From: an uncultured Clostridia bacterium
Lineage (GTDB): Bacteria; Bacillota; Clostridia; Oscillospirales; CAG-272
Assembly (NCBI GenBank): GCA_945929845.1
Contig: CAMEON010000001.1
Coordinates: forward strand, 8,060 to 72,059
DNA: 64,000 bases
Direction: 5' to 3'
Positions within the stretch are counted from its first letter, which is position 1, and each line of letters opens with the position of its first letter. Shown here one piece after another: positions 43,383 to 53,558 of the stretch. Made by a program: the position numbers and the translations under genes. The notes under the pieces are model-generated. The model was not told where the DNA came from. It saw only the letters and a program-made list of their open reading frames with translations, and did not search any database.

Positions 43383-44681
43383 TCACTTGATATAGTCAAA
43401 GGCGAAATCATAGATGGAGACGGTATCGCCGTCCTTGCAGCCCTTCTCCTCCAGCATGTCAAACACGCCGCTGGACTGGAGTACCCGCTGGAAGTAGTTG
43501 AGGGACTCGTAATCGTCAAAGTTGATGCGCCCCATCAGGTTGTAGATCCAGTCGCCCTCCACATAGAAGGTGTTATTTTCTCGCCGGATGACGGTTTCCT
43601 TGACCCCGGCTCCGGGCAGGTCGGACAGGAGGGCTTCGCCCGGCTCCAGCTCGCTTTCATACACCGTGATGGGCGGCAGGAGCTTCAGCCGTTCATAGAC
43701 CCGGTGGATCATATCCTTGATGCCCTCATGGGTCACGGCGGAGACATACATCATCTCCCAGCCATTTTCGTCCACAAAGTCTTCAAAGGCTTTCACATCC
43801 ACCACCGATTCATCCAGGCTGTCGCACTTGTTGGCCAGGATGATCTGCGGCCTTGTGGCCAGGGTGGGGGAGTATTTCTCCAGCTCTGCGTTGATGTTCT
43901 TCACATCCTGGATGGGATCCCGCCCCTCAAAACAGGAGATGTCCACCACATGGAGAAGCAGGCGGCAACGGTCAATGTGTCGGAGAAAATCGTGACCAAG
44001 CCCCGCCCCCTCGGCGGCTCCGTCGATCAGCCCGGGGATGTCTGCCACCACGAAGCCCTGCCCGTCCTCCACCTGCACCACGCCCAGATTGGGGGAGAGG
44101 GTGGTGAAATGGTAGTCCGCAATCTTGGGTCTTGCGGCACTGATAGCCGCCAGCAGGGAGGATTTTCCCACGCTGGGGTACCCAATCAGACCCACATCGG
44201 CGATCATCTTCAGCTCCAGCAGTACCTCCCGCTCCTGCCCCCGGGTGCCGTTCTTGGCGAACATGGGGGCCTGACGGGTGGGGGTGGCAAAATGGGCGTT
44301 GCCCCAGCCGCCCCGGCCACCTCGACAGCAGACATAGTCCGCCCCGCCATTCTCGGACATATCGTGTATGACCTTCCCGGTGGCGGCGTCCTTGATCAGG
44401 GTGCCCTCCGGCACAGTCAGGATCAGATCCTCCGCATTGGCCCCGTGAAAACGCTCGCCGGAGCCGTTTTCACCGTTCGGTGCCACGAAACGGTGCCGGT
44501 ACCGGTAGGCCAGCAGGGTATTGGTGCCCTTGTCCGTGCGGAAGATGATGTTGCCGCCGTGACCGCCGTCCCCGCCCGCCGGGCCGCCGTGGGAGATATA
44601 CTTCTCCCGGTGGAAGGCAATGGCCCCGTTGCCACCGTCCCCGGCCTTGATGGATATTTTCACATGATCAAAAAATTGCAT
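43383..44681 (-). CDS. obg: GTPase Obg/CgtA
   Basis: The N-terminus is MQFFDHVKISIKAGDGGNGAIAFHREK. The G1 motif is GYPSVGKSSLL. There is a C-terminal OCT-like domain. Confidence 0.95.
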   Translation of the reverse strand: MQFFDHVKISIKAGDGGNGAIAFHREKYISHGGPAGGDGGHGGNIIFRTDKGTNTLLAYRYRHRFVAPNGENGSGERFHGANAEDLILTVPEGTLIKDAATGKVIHDMSENGGADYVCCRGGRGGWGNAHFATPTRQAPMFAKNGTRGQEREVLLELKMIADVGLIGYPSVGKSSLLAAISAARPKIADYHFTTLSPNLGVVQVEDGQGFVVADIPGLIDGAAEGAGLGHDFLRHIDRCRLLLHVVDISCFEGRDPIQDVKNINAELEKYSPTLATRPQIILANKCDSLDESVVDVKAFEDFVDENGWEMMYVSAVTHEGIKDMIHRVYERLKLLPPITVYESELEPGEALLSDLPGAGVKETVIRRENNTFYVEGDWIYNLMGRINFDDYESLNYFQRVLQSSGVFDMLEEKGCKDGDTVSIYDFAFDYIK

Positions 44682-44728
44682 GACAGTCTCGCATCCTTTA
44701 CGGTTGGTGTGATTGGTGTGAATCTGTG

Positions 44729-46102
44729 TCAGTTTTCCTCCGGCCGCCGGGGGCTGATATTCCCGTCCTCGCCCTTCTGCTTGATCAGGAGGCGGATAGG
44801 CGTGCCGGAAAAGCCGTAGGTTTCCCGCAGGCAGTTTTCAATGTACCGCTGGTAGGAGAAGTGGAACAGCTCTGCCGAGTTGCAGAAGAGAACGAAGGTG
44901 GGCGGTGCCACGGCAGACTGGGTCATATAGTATATCTTCAGCCGCCGTCCCTTATCCGTAGGGGGCTGAACCCGCATCATAGCCTCTCCCAGCACATCGT
45001 TGAGGGCGCCGGTAGTCACCCGCAGATGAGCCTGGTCGTAGACCGACCGGATCATGTCATAGAGGTTGTCCACCCGCTGGCCGGTCTTGGCGGACACGAA
45101 CAGGATGGGCGCATAGGGCATATAGGCCAGGGCCGTGCGTATCTTGTCCGTGAACTCTTTCACTGTGCTGTTGTCCTTGACCACGGTGTCCCACTTGTTG
45201 ACCACGATGATGGTGGCCTTGCCTGCCTCGTGGGCAATGCCGGCGATCTTCTCATCCTGCTCGGTGATGCCCACCGAGGCATCGATCAGAAGCAGGCAGA
45301 CATCCGCCCGCTCCACCGCCATGTGAGCCCGGAGCACGCTGTACTTCTCCACCTGGTCGCCGATCCTGGCGGCCCGGCGGATCCCGGCTGTGTCAATGAA
45401 GGTGAAGATTCCGTGTTGATTCACAAGGCGGGTGTCCACTGCGTCCCGGGTGGTACCGGCTATGTCAGAGACGATCATGCGGTTCTCGCCGAGAAAGCGG
45501 TTCACAATGGAGGATTTCCCGGCGTTGGGCTTCCCGATGACGGCGATGCGGATGCCGCTGTCCTCCGGTTCGTTGTCCTCCCAGTCAGCCAGTGCACTGA
45601 CGCAGGCATCCAGCAGGTCGCCGGTGCCGCTGCCGTGAATGGAGGAGACCGCTACCGGATCGGTGTCAAATCCCAGCTCGTAAAATTCGTAGTACTCATA
45701 GGGCAAATCGCCGATCCGGTCGCACTTGTTGATACAGGGCACCACCGGCTTGCCGCTCTTCTTGAGCATGACGGCAATGTCCCGGTCGTCCGCTGTCAGC
45801 CCGGTGCGCACATCGCACAGGAACACGATGACATCGGCATCATCGATGGCGATCTGAGCCTGGGTCTTCATCTGGGACAGGATCACATCGTCTGTCTTCG
45901 GCTCAATGCCGCCGGTATCAATGAGAATGAGCTGGCGACCCCGCCACTCACACTCGCCGTATATACGGTCACGGGTCACACCGGGGGTGTCCTCCACAAT
46001 GGAGCGACGCTCGCCGATCAGCTTGTTGAACAGGGTGGACTTGCCCACATTGGGGCGGCCCACGATGGCAATGACAGGCTTGGACATACTGTTTCCTTTC
46101 AA
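44729..46102 (-). CDS. der: Ribosome biogenesis GTPase Der (EngA)
   Basis: There are two GTPase domains (GRPNVGKSTLFN and GKPNAGKSSIVN) plus a KH-like C-terminus. Confidence 0.95.
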   Translation of the reverse strand: MKGNSMSKPVIAIVGRPNVGKSTLFNKLIGERRSIVEDTPGVTRDRIYGECEWRGRQLILIDTGGIEPKTDDVILSQMKTQAQIAIDDADVIVFLCDVRTGLTADDRDIAVMLKKSGKPVVPCINKCDRIGDLPYEYYEFYELGFDTDPVAVSSIHGSGTGDLLDACVSALADWEDNEPEDSGIRIAVIGKPNAGKSSIVNRFLGENRMIVSDIAGTTRDAVDTRLVNQHGIFTFIDTAGIRRAARIGDQVEKYSVLRAHMAVERADVCLLLIDASVGITEQDEKIAGIAHEAGKATIIVVNKWDTVVKDNSTVKEFTDKIRTALAYMPYAPILFVSAKTGQRVDNLYDMIRSVYDQAHLRVTTGALNDVLGEAMMRVQPPTDKGRRLKIYYMTQSAVAPPTFVLFCNSAELFHFSYQRYIENCLRETYGFSGTPIRLLIKQKGEDGNISPRRPEEN

Positions 46103-46139
46103 TTTCTGTATTTTCAGGGGGAGGAATCATATACCTGTA

Positions 46140-47456
46140 TCAGTCAACGATCCCCAACATTTCCCGGACAAAGGCAGCCCCGTCGTTCTTGCTGACAAGG
46201 ACGGGAACGCCCAGCTTTTCTGACAGCTCTTCCGGTGTCATGTCGTCCAGGAACATATCTTCATCTGCCCGCAGGGTGTTCTCCGGGATGAACAGTGCCT
46301 GACCCAGGTCTTTGCCGGACAGTTGTTCCGCCATGTCCGTACCTGTCAGAAGCCCAGCCACTGTAATGGTCTCTCCGAAGAAGTGGTTGATGATCTCGTA
46401 GACCATGATCTCAAGCCCCTCCACCCGTGCCTCCATCCGGGCGGCCATGGACTTGATGGTGGGGTAGGCGGCCACGCCGGTGCAGACCGACACTCGCCGG
46501 GGGCCGTGGTAATTCTCCAGATCCTCGTCCAGGAAGGCCATCTCCTGCTCGAACTCAGAGAGCAGGGAGGTGATCATCCCCACACCGTTTTCCAACTGGG
46601 CATACCCCTCGTAGTATGACTCATCCGGCAGGGGGAGACCTGCCGTCAGGTACAGCTCATCGGCGCAGAAGAACTTCCGGGAGCCGCATGCGGCAAGACA
46701 CTTCTCTGCAAAAGCCTCCACCTGGCGGATGGTGGCGGCGGCCTCCACTCTGGTGTACGGCTCCAGCGGGTAGAGCTTCTGGCGGTAGCGGGTCAGCCCG
46801 GCGGGCACGATGGACACACTCTCCAGAGCGTCCCCCAGGGCGTACAGGTCAGAGAGGGAGCGGTCAAGCTCCGGCCCGTCGTTGATGCCCCGGCACAGCA
46901 CGATCTGCCCGCACAGGGTGATACCAGCCTGAGCCAGCCGGGTCATGTAGGAGAGTACCTCCCCGGCCCGCTTGTTGTGCATCATCTTGACCCGGAGTTC
47001 CGGGTTGGTGGTGTGGACAGACACATTGATGGGAGAGATGTGCATCTCAATGATCCGGTCAATGTCCGCATCATGCAGGTTGGTCATGGTGATGAAATTG
47101 CCGTGGAGGAAGGACAGCCGGGAGTCGTCGTCCTTGAAGTACAGCGTCTCCCGCATACCCCGGGGAAGCTGGTCAATGAAACAGAAGATACACTTATTCT
47201 CGCAGGAATGCTTTCGATCCATCAGCGGCGTATCAAAATCCAGGCCGATGTCGTCATACTCCCGCTTGTGAATGGTCACATCCAAAGGCGCACCGTCCCG
47301 CAACAGTCCCAGACGCACCTGGGTGTCGGCCAGGAAGAAGCGGTAATCCAGCACATCGGTGATGGGCCTGTCATTGATGCTGACCAGCACATCGCCCGCC
47401 CGTACACCGTGCCGATCCGCACGGCTTCCGGGAAAGACCTCCTTGATCGTGACCAT
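46140..47456 (-). CDS. PDZ + radical-SAM-like DUF512 protein
   Basis: The start MVTIKEVFPGSRADRHGVRAGD (PDZ) follows AAGGAG. The CxxxCxxC motif is CENKCIFC. Confidence 0.75.
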   Translation of the reverse strand: MVTIKEVFPGSRADRHGVRAGDVLVSINDRPITDVLDYRFFLADTQVRLGLLRDGAPLDVTIHKREYDDIGLDFDTPLMDRKHSCENKCIFCFIDQLPRGMRETLYFKDDDSRLSFLHGNFITMTNLHDADIDRIIEMHISPINVSVHTTNPELRVKMMHNKRAGEVLSYMTRLAQAGITLCGQIVLCRGINDGPELDRSLSDLYALGDALESVSIVPAGLTRYRQKLYPLEPYTRVEAAATIRQVEAFAEKCLAACGSRKFFCADELYLTAGLPLPDESYYEGYAQLENGVGMITSLLSEFEQEMAFLDEDLENYHGPRRVSVCTGVAAYPTIKSMAARMEARVEGLEIMVYEIINHFFGETITVAGLLTGTDMAEQLSGKDLGQALFIPENTLRADEDMFLDDMTPEELSEKLGVPVLVSKNDGAAFVREMLGIVD

Positions 47457-47525
47457 AGCGTTCTCCTTTACCTCCGGGAAAAAATCACACCTGTCTATTA
47501 TAGCACAAATTTCCCTGCGTGTCAA

Positions 47526-48056
47526 TTATTTCTTTTCCCGGCGGATGATATTGACCTCGTCCCACCGGGCTATCTCGAATATGCCGATATGTACCCCGCT
47601 GACCCTGTCCCGCAGGGAAATGGGGCTGTTCAGCCGGGCAAGCAGGGCAGTCAACGCCGCCCCGTCGGAGTCGTCCCCGTCCTCGCCGTCCGGGAGGATC
47701 TGGAACACCCACTGCTGACCGGAGGGATGCCTGTCCTCAAAGGTGGCCTGATTCTTGAACCGGATGACAGTCACGATCTCCCCGGAAAGCACGGAGGAAA
47801 GGGCAGGGATGGCATCGACCGCCGGAAGATTCCCTGAAAGCTCGCACTGCCCGAACCAAAGCTGCCCAGTGATGTCGCCGCCCCTGTCCTGCTCCGCCTC
47901 ATAGGATACCCCATAGGCGGGAAACTGCGGGTTGGGGATGAGGAATTGCAAAAGCTCTGCGCCCCGGTCAGTATGATCCCTTGTGACAGTGGGGTGATGG
48001 GTGCGAAAAGTAGCCATGAGCGCCTGGGACAACTCATCCAGACTACGGTAGGACAT
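47526..48056 (-). CDS. Hypothetical protein
   Basis: ATG 48056 follows AAGGAG. 176 aa with an acidic patch, DGEDGDDSDG. I recognise no motif. Confidence 0.5.
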   Translation of the reverse strand: MSYRSLDELSQALMATFRTHHPTVTRDHTDRGAELLQFLIPNPQFPAYGVSYEAEQDRGGDITGQLWFGQCELSGNLPAVDAIPALSSVLSGEIVTVIRFKNQATFEDRHPSGQQWVFQILPDGEDGDDSDGAALTALLARLNSPISLRDRVSGVHIGIFEIARWDEVNIIRREKK

Positions 48057-48239
48057 AAAAGTCAGCTCCTTGTTTTTGGTTTCAGACCGATTCAGACGGC
48101 TTTCTGAAAATCTCATTTTCCCCCTTGAAAAACGCCGGGGAATGTGGTATCATATAGTATAAACGATTTTGCCCGGAATTGCAAGACCCTGAAGAAAAAA
48201 AGAAGGGCACAACCGTCACGCATTGGAAAAGGAGCCGGA

Positions 48240-48962
48240 ATGGAACAGATATACACGATACCCGTCAATGAGGCTTTTGAGCAGTCGGCCGCAGACCCGT
48301 CCTGCGGTTGTCCTCTCTGCACCCTGTACAGACGCCTGGAGGAAAACGAGCTGGATCTCATCCTGGGTGCCTCCATGATGGAGCCGGATGTGCGGATCAA
48401 GACCAATCAAGAGGGCTTCTGCCGCCTGCACTACGATCTGATGTTCGTGCGGAAAAACCGACTGGGCATGGCACTGACGCTGGAGAGCCACCTGAAGGAA
48501 CTGCAAAAGGACATCAAGGAGGGCGGACTGGGCGCACCCGGCGCAAAGCCGATCAAACGCATCCAGGCGCTGGAGTCCGGCTGTTATGTCTGCCGCCGCA
48601 TAGAATTCAACTTTGAACATATGGTGGAGACAGCCGTCCTGCTCTGGGACACGGACGAAGCCTTCCCGGCCAAGCTGGATGCACAGCCGTACTTCTGCCT
48701 GCCTCACTATCGCCGTCTGTTGGAGTACGGTCAGAAGCGGCTGGGGAAGAAGAAACAGGCCGCCTTCGCCGCCGCCTGCGGCAAGGTGGTGAACAGCTAC
48801 ATGGAGACTTTGACCGAGGATATCAGTTGGTTTTGCAAAAAGTTCGACTACCGGTATGACCAGGAACCCTGGTATAACTCCAAGGATGCCGTGGAGCGGG
48901 CCATCCGCTTCCTGCGCTCGGATATTCACACGGGGGAAACGCAAAAGGCCAAGGGCAAGTGA
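48240..48962 (+). CDS. Cys-rich hypothetical protein (conserved DUF-type)
   Basis: The start MEQIYTIPVNEAF follows AAAGGAG. There are four Cys/His pairs: CGCPLC, FCRLH, CYVCRR and FCLPH. Confidence 0.6.
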   Translation: MEQIYTIPVNEAFEQSAADPSCGCPLCTLYRRLEENELDLILGASMMEPDVRIKTNQEGFCRLHYDLMFVRKNRLGMALTLESHLKELQKDIKEGGLGAPGAKPIKRIQALESGCYVCRRIEFNFEHMVETAVLLWDTDEAFPAKLDAQPYFCLPHYRRLLEYGQKRLGKKKQAAFAAACGKVVNSYMETLTEDISWFCKKFDYRYDQEPWYNSKDAVERAIRFLRSDIHTGETQKAKGK

Positions 48963-49019
48963 ATACAGCCCCGCACAGATACAACATAATCGTACAGGTA
49001 AGAAAGCAGGAATTGTATT

Positions 49020-49580
49020 ATGATCGACCTTCTGGAATTGCATAAATACTTCATTGGCCAGCATCTGCACGCAGGGGATGTGGCGGTGGACTTTACCATG
49101 GGCAACGGGCACGATACGGAGTATCTGTCCAAGACCGTTGGCCCGGAGGGCTTTGTCTACGCCTTTGACATTCAGGAACAGGCACTGGCCTCCACCCAGG
49201 AGAGGCTGGTCAACGCCGGGTGTCCGGATAACTACCAGCTCATTCTGGATTCACATTCCCATGTCAAAAAGTATGTGGATGTGCCCTTCAAGGCCGGGAT
49301 GTTCAACCTGGGCTGGCTCCCCGGCGGGGACAAGTCCATTACCACCCTGCGGGAGACCACCCTGCCGGCCATCCGGGATGCCATTGACCTGATGGACAAG
49401 GATGCCATCCTCAACATCGCCGTATACCCGGGACATGCGGAGGGGGATGCCGAGGGAAAGCTGATACAGGAGTACCTATCCTCCGTCAGCAGACACAGGA
49501 TCTGCGCCACCATGGTGAAAATTCTCAATTCTCCGACCTCCCCCTACTTCATTGTGGTGGAGACGAAACCCGCCAAATAG
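49020..49580 (+). CDS. Class I SAM-dependent methyltransferase (YtqB/MnmM-like)
   Basis: 186 aa. VDFTMGNGHDTEYL and FNLGWLPGGDKSITT are typical of the putative rRNA/tRNA methylase family. Confidence 0.7.
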   Translation: MIDLLELHKYFIGQHLHAGDVAVDFTMGNGHDTEYLSKTVGPEGFVYAFDIQEQALASTQERLVNAGCPDNYQLILDSHSHVKKYVDVPFKAGMFNLGWLPGGDKSITTLRETTLPAIRDAIDLMDKDAILNIAVYPGHAEGDAEGKLIQEYLSSVSRHRICATMVKILNSPTSPYFIVVETKPAK

Positions 49581-49597
49581 AAAGGGAAAACCATATC

Positions 49598-50422
49598 ATG
49601 AAAGGTATTATGAAAGTTCAAAAACCCATGCACCGCCGCGCCGTGCGCCTCTGCGCCGGTGCCCTGTCCGCCCTTCTCCTCCTTTGCAGTACACTGACCG
49701 GTTGCCAAGGCGGAGAGCCTGGCGGGGAGACGAAAACCGATCAGACAGGCATCCCCGGCGATGACTCCTACACCTATCGCATTGACATGGGAAAGTATTG
49801 GAGTGCCATCAACGCCGGCGGATCCGACTACCTGACGCTTGTCAATAAGTCCGTGACCGTCAGTGCCTCCTACGCACCGTCCACCCTTGTGACGCTGGAT
49901 CCGTCCTATACTCTGTACGGCAAGGAAATTCAGATGGAATCCAATGCGGCTCTTGCCGCCGAGGCCATGCTTCTGGAGCTGTGGTCCTACGGCTGGACGG
50001 ACATCCTGATAACCAGCGGCTACCGTTCCTACCAGTATCAGTCCACGCTGTTCAATACCTACCTGGCAAGGGAGCAGGAAGCACACCCCGCATGGAGTAC
50101 CGCCCGGTGCGAGCAGGAGGTGCTGACCTACTCGGCAAGGCCCGGCACCAGCGAGCATCATACCGGCCTTTGTATGGATCTGATCGTCAATGACAGCAAC
50201 CCGGTGCTGGATGAGAGCTTTGCCAAGCACCCGGCGTATGCCTGGCTGCAGGAGAACGCCTACCGCTTCGGCTTCATCCTCCGCTACCCGGACGGGAAGG
50301 AAAGCGTGACCGGCTACCAGTATGAGCCGTGGCATTACCGCTTTGTGGGGATAGAGGCCGCTACGGCCATTCACGCCGGAGGACTTACGCTGGAGGAGTA
50401 TCTGTCCCGCTCCGGCGGGTGA
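49598..50422 (+). CDS. VanY/M15B-family D-alanyl-D-alanine carboxypeptidase lipoprotein
   Basis: The lipobox is LTGC. The motifs SGYRSYQYQ, SEHHTGLCMD and EPWHYRFVG are present. Confidence 0.85.
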   Translation: MKGIMKVQKPMHRRAVRLCAGALSALLLLCSTLTGCQGGEPGGETKTDQTGIPGDDSYTYRIDMGKYWSAINAGGSDYLTLVNKSVTVSASYAPSTLVTLDPSYTLYGKEIQMESNAALAAEAMLLELWSYGWTDILITSGYRSYQYQSTLFNTYLAREQEAHPAWSTARCEQEVLTYSARPGTSEHHTGLCMDLIVNDSNPVLDESFAKHPAYAWLQENAYRFGFILRYPDGKESVTGYQYEPWHYRFVGIEAATAIHAGGLTLEEYLSRSGG

Positions 50423-50433
50423 TCTTGCTTGCT

Positions 50434-50694
50434 TCACACAGTGCCCATTTTTTGGCCGCTGTCCTGTGCCGGTTCTCTCTCCTGCTCCTGCATGCGCCGG
50501 ATCATCCGGACAGCGTCCGAGGCCGTGTTGGGATATACCTGCATGGAGATTTCGCAACTGTCCAGGACGGCCTCTGTCATATGGGTGATATATTTCTCCC
50601 CCTCCAGCCGCAGAGAGCGGGGCGGGGCGACGCCTACATGTGTGTGAACAAGGGTGTCAGGGTCGGGGTAACAACGGTCTTGTCTGTGAATCAT
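50434..50694 (-). CDS. Small hypothetical protein (tentative)
   Basis: This is the internal ATG 50692-50694 of ORF 50434..51006, with a weak SD (AAAGGA). It encodes 86 aa. The AT-rich region upstream could be a shared promoter zone. Confidence 0.25.
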   Translation of the reverse strand: MIHRQDRCYPDPDTLVHTHVGVAPPRSLRLEGEKYITHMTEAVLDSCEISMQVYPNTASDAVRMIRRMQEQEREPAQDSGQKMGTV

Positions 50695-50929
50695 ACGATC
50701 ATCATCCTTTCTTTGGTCAGAATATAGTGTGCCCGGGGCAGAGCACTCGCACAGTGGTAAATTCAGGATACCTGCTTGCCCATTCATTACATAATTTTCA
50801 ATTCTCAGTGCCATATCGGTCATATAATCTTCACAAATGGCAGATATAATAGAGCCAGTTGGTGGGAGATGACCAAATTGCCAAAGACCGGATCCACAAG
50901 CATCCCGCCGGAAATGTGAGGTACCTGTC

Positions 50930-52570
50930 ATGGAAGGGAACTTTGATGAAAAGAATGAAGGAAACGGGCAACACGAAGCGATGTCCGGAACACAGGCATC
51001 ACACAATGACCTGACAGACCAGGGGGAAAACTGTTCCCAGGTCTATACAGCGGCCGAGCGTAGCTTCGCCTTCAACGGAAACGCTACCCCGGATGGGAGC
51101 GGCTACACCACACCCACCGGAGGACATGGCTATGTCTACGCTCCCGGCCCGTCCGGGAAAGGAAACGGGAACGGGACGAAAAAACAAAAAATTCTGGTGG
51201 TGGCGTCCTGCCTGATCATAGCGGCGTTGTTCATTGCCTGTTTCTCTCTGGGTGCCTTGCTGTTCTCCGAAAAGCAAACGCCGGAAAATGAGCACAAGTA
51301 TGAACAGACAAAAGCCGAGGTTGACACGGAATTCAATACCACCAACGGTGTCTTTGTAGTCATAGACCCGAACGATACCTATGCGCCGGAGACTGACACA
51401 GATGCAGTGCAGGGCGTACAGGAGACCCAGACGGGTGTGGTGCAGGATGCCACGGGCACCACGGGCGAGATACTCATCCCCCAGAAACCAATGCCTACCA
51501 CGGCCACCCTGTTCAAAAAATCCTCTCTGCGGGTGGATGCCAACGGGGACGGCAAGGCGGATGTAGCGCTGGATGAAAAGGGATATGTGCTTACATCTGC
51601 AGATACCAATATCCTTCCGGCGGCGACTGTGGTGCATAGGGTGGCACAGTCGGTGGTGGAGATCACCACGGAGACCGTCGTACAGTCCGGCCGCCTCGGG
51701 CAGTATGTGACCAGCGGAGCCGGAAGCGGCGTGATTATTTCAAAAGAAGGCTTCATCATTACCAATAACCATGTGATCGAGGGGGCGGACTCCATCACGG
51801 TCACGCTGACTGATGGTACCCGGTATACCGCTGTGCTGGTGGGCACGGATGCCAAGACGGATGTGGCTCTGCTCTGGATCGACCCCCTGGGCAGGGAGCT
51901 GACGGTGGCTACCCTGGGTTCCAGCTTTGATCTGGTGGTTGGCGAGGAGATCCTGGCTATAGGAAACCCGCTTGGTTCCCTGGGCGGCACCGTGACGGAG
52001 GGCATCATCAGTGCCACCGCCCGGCAGATCATCATGGATGGCACCTACATGACCTTGCTTCAGGTGTCCTCTCCCATCAATCCCGGCAACTCCGGCGGCG
52101 GGTTGTTCAATATGGCCGGGGAATTGGTAGGCATTGTAAACGCCAAGTATGCAGACGAGGAGGTAGAGGGACTGGGCTTCGCCATTCCCATTGACACGGC
52201 TTACGATGTGGTCTGCGAGCTGTACCAGTACGGCTATGTCCGTGGCCGACCCACCACCGGACTGACCCTGATCGATGCCACTTCCACTTCTATGGCCATG
52301 TACTACTTCCATTCCCCCTATACCGGTGTGTATGTGTATACTTCCTCCTTGACGGACGAATTGCAGACCGGAGACCTGATCCTCTCCTTCGGCGGTGTGG
52401 AGGTCACATCCTCCCCTCAGATCACCAGCGTGGTGGAAGGCATGGCTGTCGGAGATCAGGTGGAGGTGATTGTTTACCGGGGAGGCAAACAGCTGACAGT
52501 CACATTGACGCTGGGGGAATATAAACCTCAGACCGCAACCAATGGCACCTCTGAAACGCCGGCGGCGTGA
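50930..52570 (+). CDS. htrA: HtrA/DegP-family serine protease with PDZ domain
   Basis: There is a TM anchor. The trypsin-like motifs are TNNHV and GNSGGGLF. A C-terminal PDZ domain is present. Confidence 0.9.
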   Translation: MEGNFDEKNEGNGQHEAMSGTQASHNDLTDQGENCSQVYTAAERSFAFNGNATPDGSGYTTPTGGHGYVYAPGPSGKGNGNGTKKQKILVVASCLIIAALFIACFSLGALLFSEKQTPENEHKYEQTKAEVDTEFNTTNGVFVVIDPNDTYAPETDTDAVQGVQETQTGVVQDATGTTGEILIPQKPMPTTATLFKKSSLRVDANGDGKADVALDEKGYVLTSADTNILPAATVVHRVAQSVVEITTETVVQSGRLGQYVTSGAGSGVIISKEGFIITNNHVIEGADSITVTLTDGTRYTAVLVGTDAKTDVALLWIDPLGRELTVATLGSSFDLVVGEEILAIGNPLGSLGGTVTEGIISATARQIIMDGTYMTLLQVSSPINPGNSGGGLFNMAGELVGIVNAKYADEEVEGLGFAIPIDTAYDVVCELYQYGYVRGRPTTGLTLIDATSTSMAMYYFHSPYTGVYVYTSSLTDELQTGDLILSFGGVEVTSSPQITSVVEGMAVGDQVEVIVYRGGKQLTVTLTLGEYKPQTATNGTSETPAA

Positions 52571-52678
52571 TCGCCGACAGTCCGAGTTGCCATATCGTAC
52601 AGACCATCAAATTTTTGCACCGTGCGCCGTCGGATGCCATGCAAGGCTGGAAACGGACGCACAGAAAGGCGGACGACC

Positions 52679-53371
52679 ATGTACCATATCCTTGTTGTTG
52701 ACGATGAGACCCGTATCCGTTCCCTGATCCGCAAGTATGCGGAATTTGAAGGACACACCGTGACCGAGGCCGGGGACGGCATGGAGGCGGTGCGCCTCTG
52801 CCGGACAGAGACCTTCGACCTGATCATCATGGACATCATGATGCCGGAGCTGGACGGCTTTTCAGCCTGCCGGGAAATACGGAAGATCACCCAGACGCCC
52901 ATCATCATGCTGTCCGCCCGGGGGGAAGAGTATGACAAGATCAACGGCTTTGAACTGGGCATTGACGACTATGTGGTCAAGCCCTTCTCGCCCAAGGAGC
53001 TGATGCTCCGGGTGGATGCTGTGATGAAGCGGGTGAAGCGGACGGCTTCCGATGTGGTCAAGGCACCCAATCAGGTCATCGAACTGGATCACGGCGGCCT
53101 GAAGGCTGATGTGACGGCACGGATCGTCTATGTGGACGGCCAGCGGGTGGACATGTCTCCCAAGGAGTACGATCTGTTCTTCTATATGCTGGAGAACCGC
53201 AATATTGCTCTGTCCAGGGAAAAGCTGATCAGCGAGGTCTGGGGGTATGATTTCTATGGGGATGCCCGCACGCTGGACACCCACATCAAGCTGCTCCGCA
53301 AGAGCCTTGGCAGGTACGCCTCCTACATTGTCACCCTGCGGGGCGTGGGCTACCGTTTTGAAGGGGAATAA
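52679..53371 (+). CDS. OmpR-family response regulator
   Basis: The receiver domain has MYHILVVDDE and DLIIMDIMMPELDG. The C-terminal winged helix has TLRGVGYRF. Confidence 0.9.
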   Translation: MYHILVVDDETRIRSLIRKYAEFEGHTVTEAGDGMEAVRLCRTETFDLIIMDIMMPELDGFSACREIRKITQTPIIMLSARGEEYDKINGFELGIDDYVVKPFSPKELMLRVDAVMKRVKRTASDVVKAPNQVIELDHGGLKADVTARIVYVDGQRVDMSPKEYDLFFYMLENRNIALSREKLISEVWGYDFYGDARTLDTHIKLLRKSLGRYASYIVTLRGVGYRFEGE

Positions 53372-53558
53372 GTCTTCGTAAATGCGGAACAGCCCCGGCG
53401 AGGTGGGAAAGATCCGTATTATTCATGTGATGTGCGCCTTCCGGGGCGAGAATGCTCTCTCATACAGGGGGTCTTTCGCCGCCGGGAGGCAGGGTTGGTT
53501 CATAGACCCGGAGCGGCCTCACAGAGGACAAAGAAGCGGCAAGAGGAGGTATGTCAGC

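Noticed and set aside
43179-46195. Two long plus-strand ORFs (546 aa and 489 aa)
   Set aside because: They are antisense to obg and der, which have clear GTPase motifs. The translations are Gly/Pro/His/Val-rich and low in complexity, as is typical of shadow ORFs in high-GC DNA.
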